DNA of 64,000 nucleotides from Veleropilina oligotropha (Eukaryota): NCBI GenBank assembly GCA_048128005.1, contig JBEUKZ010000023.1, positions 1 to 64,000 of the forward strand, read 5' to 3'. Shown piece by piece: positions 49,203 to 56,580 of this stretch (position 1 is its first letter; each line of letters starts with the position of its first letter). The notes under the pieces were generated by a model. It saw only the letters and a program-made list of their open reading frames with translations, ran no database searches and was not told where the DNA came from. The position numbers and the translations under genes were made by a program.

Positions 49203-50518
49203 ATGGCGGAATTCGAGAACCCCGCATTCGAGCCTGATGATCTCATCGACAACGATGATACCATCGTCGACGATATTGATGTGGATAGATCCACCGACCG
49301 GTTTATGCCAGGGCTTCTTTCGGAACGGCCACAGGAAGGAACCAGCAGTCTTCAGCAAGAGCTCGTTCAGGGCGTAGTTGACGACTACTACAAAGCCCTG
49401 GCACAGGAGGGGCAGACCCCAGCCACGGGGCGAGATTATTCAAAATTCAAGTATGTGAGGGGAAAATTAGGGAGGGGGGGAAATTGGTGATGACGGACTA
49501 CCCCGACATCAATCTCATAAATTCTCGCACCGGCAACCCCTTGGCGTTGTCAACAATAGCTGGCCTGCCTGGTGGGGGTGATGCAATCCGTGAAGGGTTG
49601 GGTTTTGTACACTGGACGCGGGGGGAAAAAAAGCTGGCCTCAAAAGCGTTTGCAGCTCTTCAGACAGCCGACAACGAGTTGAGCGGTGCGGCCGCTAACG
49701 TCGAAAACGTAGAACTGCGGGACTTGGGGCAGACTGCTACTGATGCCTCGGTAGCAATCCACACGATGGAGACGGAATTCACGGATACCGAGGTTGAAGA
49801 GATCTTGGGCACAATGGGGGACCCTCCATTAAACCTCCGCGAGCTTCGCGGACTTGACAAGGCGATGCAGACCATTCGAGGCGAGCTCACTAACAATCTA
49901 GCCAAACTAACGGCGCTGGACGAACACATAGAGCTGGAGAAGAGCAAGCTCGATCGGGCCGATGAAGAGGGCGGTGTGGATGAGTTTATTCGTCGACGGA
50001 TCGCGGAACGTCTGCGCAACTTAAACGATGAACGAGCAGCTCGCCTAGAGGCAGCCTCATCAAGCCGGGACGCCCTACGCTCTCAAATCAGCCGGATCCG
50101 AGAGATGCTAAATCGGATCCTGAACACCGACACAACGCTGGCCGAGCGTATTCGGACCCTCTTCCGAGAGCAAGGGGTTACGATCGCAACAATACTGACC
50201 GCTATTGGGTTGGCTATCTCGACTTTGGTACTAGCCCTGACAGGCGGAGCGCCGAGCATACCACAACCACCATCACCTCCCAGTGGTCAGGGCGGGGTCA
50301 AGGAGTGGGTCAAAAAGCAGCTGCAGAACTTGGGAAGGATTCTAGGCAAACTAGCAGGGAAGGCCGCAGCCGCGCTCCCAGGAATACTTGGAAGCCTGGT
50401 CTCCTGGCTAATCAACCTGATTGGCAAGACAGCATCGTGGCTCGCTGAAAACCTATGGGCACTGGTCATATCAGTTGGGGGCTTGCTTCTTATTGCCGCT
50501 AGACAGTGGGTCACGTAA
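49203..50518 (+). CDS. Coiled-coil/membrane viral protein split into two frames (49203-49490 and 49484-50518)
   Basis: Acidic N-terminal part beginning MAEFENPAF, then a -1 frame continuation with a long coiled coil and C-terminal hydrophobic/amphipathic helices. Confidence 0.7.
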
Positions 50519-51806
50519 GCCAAATGAACGGTAGGCCAACGACAATGCCGCCCACGATAAGTGCGGTTTTATCCTCGTCATGTTTGGTTGCCCCAGCTGA
50601 AACAGCCGCCACTGGCGCCACAGCCGGCAGAGAGCCACGATGCTTCAGAGTGACCGCATCTGCGGGTAAGACGGCGTCTTGTGGGATGACCAATCCTGTT
50701 TCTCCAGTCTCCCCAGTGGCGTTGTGCGGCACAGGATTGGCCGCGTTGACCGTAGTATTAAGACCTAGGGTCTGGGCTTCCGTGGCAACGACGATTTCGT
50801 TGTTATACCCAGCCACCTGCCCGATCCGAAGGAGCATGTCACTTGGCGCCATGTAAAGGCCGACGCCGAATACGAAGTCTACTTTAGACCTGGCATACTG
50901 CAAAACGTCCTGGTACCGTTGGATCGCAGCAGGGAGGTCAACGGGGGATGCGATGGCGTCTTCCACGTTCGCCAGGAACTGTTTCTGTGCGTCAAATGCC
51001 GTCCCACTACCCAGAATACTTGCACGCGTTTGAGCCTGCGCTCCAAGAATAGCCCAGACGTAGGTCCTGATGGAATCATTGAGCCTTTCCACGCCGGCCC
51101 TCGTGAATCCCACCGACCTGTCCAGAATAAAAGTAGCCCAACTGTTTTTAAGCGCAGGCGCTTGCGCGATGTAGTCCACGTGCAGATTCGTGTTGGTCGT
51201 ACCTTTGGTGAAGGACATTCGGCTTGGATCATACTCACGTCCGATGGGGTGGTAGCCGTTGTTCGTCCAGTAGCTGTAAGCGGTGCCTAGTCCGCCGTTG
51301 GGACCCTTGACACGCCAGTCGGTATGTGGGGACACTCCGAATTCGCTGCAGATCTTTTCATATGCCCTTCGGTCATACGGGGTGTCGAATGCATCCCACG
51401 TCCGGTCTTGTGGCAGCGGCGCCTGAATCTCGGTCAAGATCCTTCTGACCTGATAGTAGACGTGGAAGGTGAATACAGCAGTGGAGAGGGGGGCTGCAGT
51501 AGCATTCAAGTGGTCTTCTGAGGAGATCCCGGAACCTGTTGTGGCACACCATACTGCGAAGTTGACCTTGTTCTGCCAGAACCGCATCGGTGTGCTGTGC
51601 CAAGCCCTTATCAGCCCGTCACTAGCGATGTGAGGGAGGCGATACTTTTGAAATACGTCGGGGTAGTCTGCCCCGAATGCAGTGGTTGAGCTATTACCCA
51701 CATTGATGCTTGGTCTCGTAAGCTGCTCATCTTTGATCTTTGCTGGGTACACCACACCGGTCGGATAGGCCGCACTCCTATTGAACACAAATGCGCTCTT
51801 AGCCAT
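50511..51806 (-). CDS. Viral protein of unknown function, 431 aa, C-terminal membrane anchor
   Basis: ATG at 51806. Globular core (NFAVWCATTGSG, FHVYYQVRRIL), Pro/Ala-rich linker, TALIVGGIVVGLPFIW tail. Confidence 0.8.
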   Translation of the reverse strand: MAKSAFVFNRSAAYPTGVVYPAKIKDEQLTRPSINVGNSSTTAFGADYPDVFQKYRLPHIASDGLIRAWHSTPMRFWQNKVNFAVWCATTGSGISSEDHLNATAAPLSTAVFTFHVYYQVRRILTEIQAPLPQDRTWDAFDTPYDRRAYEKICSEFGVSPHTDWRVKGPNGGLGTAYSYWTNNGYHPIGREYDPSRMSFTKGTTNTNLHVDYIAQAPALKNSWATFILDRSVGFTRAGVERLNDSIRTYVWAILGAQAQTRASILGSGTAFDAQKQFLANVEDAIASPVDLPAAIQRYQDVLQYARSKVDFVFGVGLYMAPSDMLLRIGQVAGYNNEIVVATEAQTLGLNTTVNAANPVPHNATGETGETGLVIPQDAVLPADAVTLKHRGSLPAVAPVAAVSAGATKHDEDKTALIVGGIVVGLPFIWLT

Positions 51807-51813
51807 AGCTACT

Positions 51814-52533
51814 ATGTTCCACACATTAACAAACGTTCAAGAGGGGACCGCGGTTGCCCTCCTGGAGCCGATTGATAACCGGGACGGCAAGCTATGTGTC
51901 AGCTTGCAGTCGCTCGACTATTGGGTAGGCTGGCACAACGTGCATGCCGGAGCCTTCTTTAAGACCCCCGATACCACGGTCGACGTGGCACCAGGTTTCT
52001 ACAGCTTCGATGACCTCGCCAAGACGATGAAGAGGTCGCTAGTTAACCTACAACTAGATGTAAGCCATGCTACAGGGCTCGCCCGAATCGTGGTCCCAGA
52101 GGGGACTCGACTCGCGATAAGCGACGATATACGAAAACTCCTCGGCTTAGACCTCTCTTCGTTTATTCTCGATAAAGCAGGGAATCTGAACCAACCGGTT
52201 CGGGGAGTACAGGGCCAACCACCTCCCCCTCCGGAGAGATCCGAGTGGCTACGCCCTGGGACTTATGACGGGAATAAGCCTGTCGGGTTTGCCATAGCGC
52301 CAACCCTGCACGTCCACCTGGAGCAGCTTAGTACAACGCACAATGTGAAGGACGGCGCCCCGAGCACTATTCTCGCGGTGGTCCCTATCACGTCGCAGAT
52401 GTTCGGTGAAGCTGGCCACTATCATAGCTATCCCGCCGGCCGGCGACTACAGGCCGGGCTAATCACAGACGCAGACAGTAACCCGATCGACAATCACGGC
52501 ATGCCCATTACCGCAGTCCTTGCGATACAATGA
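51814..52533 (+). CDS. Putative minor capsid (penton, single jelly-roll) protein, 239 aa
   Basis: Pattern L.EPI..V.L..L.Y..WHNV..V.PG.YS..DL..LLGL..LHVH..ILAVVP..ITD..N.ID..G.P....L is typical of Polinton-type pentons. Confidence 0.72.
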   Translation: MFHTLTNVQEGTAVALLEPIDNRDGKLCVSLQSLDYWVGWHNVHAGAFFKTPDTTVDVAPGFYSFDDLAKTMKRSLVNLQLDVSHATGLARIVVPEGTRLAISDDIRKLLGLDLSSFILDKAGNLNQPVRGVQGQPPPPPERSEWLRPGTYDGNKPVGFAIAPTLHVHLEQLSTTHNVKDGAPSTILAVVPITSQMFGEAGHYHSYPAGRRLQAGLITDADSNPIDNHGMPITAVLAIQ

Positions 52534-52892
52534 GCAGCATCTACGGGACCCTCCCCCTACCCCTGCTTGCAGATGAGCCCTCTTCCCCCCCGACCCGGTG
52601 GCACTTCATTCTTAATTGTGGGGAAGCGCCCAATAAGGGGCTGGCGAGGAGGGAGTTCATGTTTCCAAACACTAGAGGTCGGTTCGGGTTGAACCCAGCC
52701 CTTCTAATGATCCACCTGACGCCGGTCCAGCCGGCCGGGGGCCCCAAAGCATGTTCTATCAGTAAGCTTGGCCTGAATTCGGACTGGTTGACCCTCGCCT
52801 TTGCCATCAAGGCCCCGTGGGTCGGCACTCTGTATTTGAACGTTACGGCAGACAAGGGAAATCAACCGGCGGAACAATACAACCACGTATAG
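52530..52892 (+). CDS. Hypothetical viral protein, 120 aa
   Basis: ATGA overlap with the penton stop; its TAG directly abuts the next ATG. Confidence 0.6.
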   Translation: MSSIYGTLPLPLLADEPSSPPTRWHFILNCGEAPNKGLARREFMFPNTRGRFGLNPALLMIHLTPVQPAGGPKACSISKLGLNSDWLTLAFAIKAPWVGTLYLNVTADKGNQPAEQYNHV

Positions 52893-53537
52893 ATGGACAA
52901 CACACCCTCAGCGCCAATGCTGTACCCACAGCTTGGTGGCGATGGGATTTCGGAACTGCATGAGGCACAGTCTTTCCGACTACAGAAAGTGAATGAGCTT
53001 CAGGGACAATTAGAACGAGAGAGGGACACAAGAGCTGCATTATATAAAAAGTACCGACGAGGTGTTAACGTCGTTGACGGTATAGATAACGGACTAGTCG
53101 TCGCCACACTTGGTATGGGTAGCGCTGGAATTGGTCTACTGTCCACAATTGTAGCCGCCCCGGTCGTCCTAGTGCTGGAATTAGCGGCATTAGGGTGTGG
53201 GCTCGCCAGTATGGGTGGGAAATATATCAGCCGGCGCCTCGGGGTGAAGGCTAAGAAACACGACGAGATTCGAGTCCTGGCCGACAGCAAGCTGAATACC
53301 ATAACCGACCACGTCTCAAAGGCATTATCGGACGGGGTGATGTCTGATGATGAATTCCAACTGGTCACAGGGGAGATGGAGAAATACCAAGCCATGAAGG
53401 CATCAATCCGGGATAAGAGTAGGAAGGCGCACACCGCGATTTCACAGACCCAAAGCGAGCTTATTGAGCGAGGTCGTTTAGAGGGTCGCGCAGAGCTGCT
53501 GAAAAAATCGGAGCTGGCGACTAACTATCCAGGTTGA
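52893..53537 (+). CDS. Membrane/coiled-coil viral protein, 214 aa, with N-terminal PSAP and LYPxL motifs
   Basis: MDNTPSAPMLYPQL start, coiled coil, Gly/Ala-rich hydrophobic hairpin, second coiled coil with an acidic loop (ALSDGVMSDDEF). Confidence 0.8.
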   Translation: MDNTPSAPMLYPQLGGDGISELHEAQSFRLQKVNELQGQLERERDTRAALYKKYRRGVNVVDGIDNGLVVATLGMGSAGIGLLSTIVAAPVVLVLELAALGCGLASMGGKYISRRLGVKAKKHDEIRVLADSKLNTITDHVSKALSDGVMSDDEFQLVTGEMEKYQAMKASIRDKSRKAHTAISQTQSELIERGRLEGRAELLKKSELATNYPG

Positions 53538-53606
53538 GCGTAGCCACGACTACCCCGCTCCTCCCCCGTATTAAAGCTAGAAATCGACAGTGATATCTGG
53601 ACAACC

Positions 53607-53999
53607 ATGAAATCCATGAAATCTATGCTACTGTGCATTGTCGCGGTGTGCTGGCTAGGGGGTGTTTCTACCCAGGCGTCGACACACAACACTGCATTAA
53701 TTCTGGAACATACATGGGCAAGGTACCGAAATCATCCCAGGTATAACGCCCGATTTGACCCCTTACGTAGAAACTTGCTTCTTCCCCCGGGTAGAGACCC
53801 CACCCCTGATGTCTCCCCACCCTCGTGCCACTATTTTATTATCGGAGAAAATGACTGTAGCCCTGCCACACCCCGAGATACTGTCACATGTGTCCAGTGT
53901 TCGACCCCCTCGTTATGTCCTGGCAAAAATGGGGAGTATTACACCATGGTGTGGCTGCTTCGGTATGTGGAGAAAAGTCGGACACATCTCACCCTGTAA
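53607..53999 (+). CDS. Putative secreted Cys-rich protein, 130 aa
   Basis: Good Kozak context (accATGa), signal-peptide-like N-terminus (MLLCIVAVCWLGGVSTQA) and Cys cluster in the C-terminal half. Confidence 0.6.
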   Translation: MKSMKSMLLCIVAVCWLGGVSTQASTHNTALILEHTWARYRNHPRYNARFDPLRRNLLLPPGRDPTPDVSPPSCHYFIIGENDCSPATPRDTVTCVQCSTPSLCPGKNGEYYTMVWLLRYVEKSRTHLTL

Positions 54000-54795
54000 T
54001 TGCACTTTAATATCGGGCAACTATATATTCATATAAAACAGCTGCTTGGGAAATGTCTTGCCTTGCCTTACACTATTTTCAGGTCACAGCTGTTTATATA
54101 AATGCCCATTAGGCCGTCTACTAACTCTGACACCCTCTCGCGATATTCACATAATTTTTAGGATTTCAGTGTATTATATATTACATAATAAATAATTCAT
54201 TGGCAAAAATAGATCAGTATATAATAATTATAAAATGTCATATATTTTTATTTGTGTTTGGTAATTTCTTTTATATATTCATTTTTGTATCCGACTTGTT
54301 GTAAAATGTCGTCGTAATGTTAGAATCTAAGAAAATCGAGGAATGTTTCATTAAAATATTAATACTACGTATAGTAGTCCCAGGTTTCACTGCGGGCAAA
54401 AGTTGACACCAACCTCAAGTATTTCTATACTGTCAAGTCATTACCGTTGGTATGGTATTATATAACCCAATTTATAAACAATTTAAATGGGTGGGTACGT
54501 TTTTATAAACACAAAATCATGTCACGACGATTATCTTTAATGAAAACACATGCCAAAGTCGTTTCATTCATGCCGATTTATGAATGACACCAGTCGTTAA
54601 AAGCGTGCGTCACTGGCGTTCAGCCGTCTACTGCTGTCGCCGACCCAGAAAAAAAAGATTGACCCAGTGAAAAATATCTGACCTAGAAATAAATATTTTG
54701 TCCAGAAACGGGTCATCGCTCCAGTTAAAATGTTTTGGTCCACTTGTTTACATCTGGACAGTTTATTCTCTAAATGGAAATTCTACAGGTAACAA

Positions 54796-54900
54796 TGAGT
54801 CAGCCATGTGTCACATTGCCACGTGTACATTGCCACGTGTACACTGCCACGTGTACATTGCCACGTGTCACAATGAGTCAGAAATAAAGGGTTATATAAG
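54796..54900 (+). promoter_or_regulatory. Pol II promoter candidate: 2 AP-1 sites, 4 G-box repeats, TATA box
   Basis: TGAGTCA at 54796 and 54874; four tandem 14-bp acattgccacgtgt units at 54813-54868; TATATAAG at 54893-54900. Confidence 0.65.
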
Positions 54901-54928
54901 GACAACATGAGAGCACACAACGACATTG

Positions 54929-55216
54929 ATGGATAAACTATCAACAGCAATGTCTGGTTTGGTGATGTCACGAAAGCGTACTTTTGTTGAGTCATTTCTC
55001 GATAAACAAGCAACCGAGTCTCGTGGGGTATCGAAGAAATCCACGAGACTCGAACTGGCTAGAGCCAAAAATCGAAGGGACACTGTGCACCAAAATATGG
55101 TAAAAACTGAAGAGAGGATAACGAAGATGATGGAGAGACTACGAGAACAAGAAGCTTCCTATGAGGCCTCCAAAGATGATATCCGTAGATTACAAGTCCT
55201 TCTGGAGGGGGATTAG
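54929..55216 (+). CDS. Small basic coiled-coil protein, 95 aa
   Basis: ATG about 30 nt after the TATA box; basic region followed by a heptad-like helix. Confidence 0.55.
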   Translation: MDKLSTAMSGLVMSRKRTFVESFLDKQATESRGVSKKSTRLELARAKNRRDTVHQNMVKTEERITKMMERLREQEASYEASKDDIRRLQVLLEGD

Positions 55217-55231
55217 TGATATTCATTTTCG

Positions 55232-55381
55232 GCACCTCTCAGGCCTATAGTGTCCAGCTGCGGGAGCATAACATACAACGCCGCCCGATACATTACAGAC
55301 ATCATCGGTCCGCTTGAGGGGAAGACAAAATACAGCGTCTCAAAGACCTCGTCGTTCCACCCGGACAGAAGCTCGTCTCCT
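55232..55381 (+). pseudogene. Penelope-like retroelement RT fragment
   Basis: Translates as APLRPIVSSCGSITYNAARYITDIIGPLEGKTKYSV, then after a deletion KDLVVPPGQKLVS; this matches PLE RT motifs upstream of the first catalytic Asp. Confidence 0.75.
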
Positions 55382-55485
55382 CCAGTCTCATGACGGTGAA
55401 TTAGCTACTTTTTTCCTGTTATACGGCGAACTATCACGTCTAGGCATCCGACCGACAAGGTCGGAAGCCATTAATGCCTACCAGG

Positions 55486-55525
55486 TATTCTGATGAGGCC
55501 TTATAGGCCGAAATGGCCATAGGTA
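55486..55525 (+). ncRNA. Minimal type I hammerhead ribozyme candidate
   Basis: CTGATGA (55490-55496), stem II GGCC-ttata-GGCC, GAAA (55510-55513), short stem III with a palindromic GGCC loop, ATA cleavage triplet (cut after 55521). Stem I tatt/ggta relies on G-U pairs. Confidence 0.65.
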
Positions 55526-55546
55526 AGTGTTTTAATTTAACCCCCT

Positions 55547-56248
55547 GGGCCGGCGAGGGTAACGGGCCGTCCCTGGGGGCTCTATGCCGCTGTACACACA
55601 GTGACTTTTTGTAATACAATCTATACCCCGGGGGTCTGAAATATAGCTGGGAGCCTCCACAGCAGGCCCCGGGGCCCTAGTCTAAACTCCCCTGCTGACT
55701 AGTCCGAGCTACCCTGAGTTCTGAACAGGTGCTGGGAGCCGTATTTTCCCATTTTAAAAAGTCCAATCACCCTCCCTGCTGCTGAGTTGAGATCCATATT
55801 AATTCTGAAAAGGTGCTGGGAGCCTTATTTTCCCATTCTAAAAAGTCTACTCACCCCCCTGCTGCTCCCTTGATTATAATGTGGCCAGTATCCAGTCAAC
55901 CTTCATGCAATGCATTTCAGTCGATTGACTACAATAGCTTGTATTTACATCAACGGCGCGCTTCTACTAAGGTCAACTCGGGCGACGTAACTAGGCAACC
56001 AGGTAGTATTTGAATAGACTATCGATAGTCTATGCATAAGCTAACCTGGTTTTCGGACAGCCTTTCTGTACACACGGCGACTTTTTGAAATACAATTATA
56101 CCCTCGAGTCTGAACAGGTGCTGGGAGCCTCCACCCCCGGGCCCCCGGGGCCCACCCTAACTCCCTAGTCCCCCTCAGTAATACCAGCTCGGTTCTGAAA
56201 TAGGGCTGGGAGCCTTATTTTCCCATTCTAAAAAGTACACTCACCCCC
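55547..56248 (-). repeat. Three internal diverged copies of the right terminus (~55547-55783, ~55803-55866, ~56066-56248)
   Basis: Each contains gctgggagcc.tattttcccatt.taaaaagt..a.tcaccc. The first two end in the intact terminal ctgctgct. Confidence 0.92.
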
Positions 56249-56333
56249 AGTCTCTAATAGAGATTATGCCACTAAGATATCGAGCCCGGTGCACGGCGAG
56301 AAATAACCGGCATGTTAGACGTTGTGTAGTGAG

Positions 56334-56580
56334 GAGCCCGGGCCGGCGAGGGTAGTGGGCCGTCCCTACGGGCTCTTACTACCAGCTCTGTACACACGGT
56401 AACTTTTTGTAATACAATCCCTACCCTGGGTTCTGAACAGGTGCTGGGAGCCTCCACGGCGGCCGCCCCGCCCCTAGTCTATACCCCCTAGTTCCCACCA
56501 GTACAACCCTATCAGTTCTGAAATAGGGCTGGGAGCCTTATTTTCCCATTCTAAAAAGTACACTCACCCCCCCTGCTGCT
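56334..56580 (-). repeat. Right terminal inverted repeat
   Basis: Reverse complement of 39604-39857, followed by the GATAT TSD. Confidence 0.97.

Larger units (their letters stand above)
39604..56580. mobile_element. Endogenous Polinton-like virus / Maverick-type element, 16,977 bp, complete ends
   Basis: Termini AGCAGCAGGG.../...CCCTGCTGCT with GATAT on both flanks (39599-39603, 56581-56585). Dense intron-less GC-rich ORFs include PolB, integrase, packaging ATPase and capsid-like proteins. Confidence 0.95.

Noticed and set aside
49167..49358. N-terminal extension of the 497-aa capsid ORF given in the track
   Set aside because: It starts at a non-ATG codon and overlaps the opposite-strand 49203 gene; gccATG at 49166 is the better start.
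39604..56580. Bacterial or phage contamination explaining the GC-rich gene-dense island
   Set aside because: It is bounded by TIRs and a TSD within host repeats and carries an rve integrase and Polinton-type ATPase and capsid genes.
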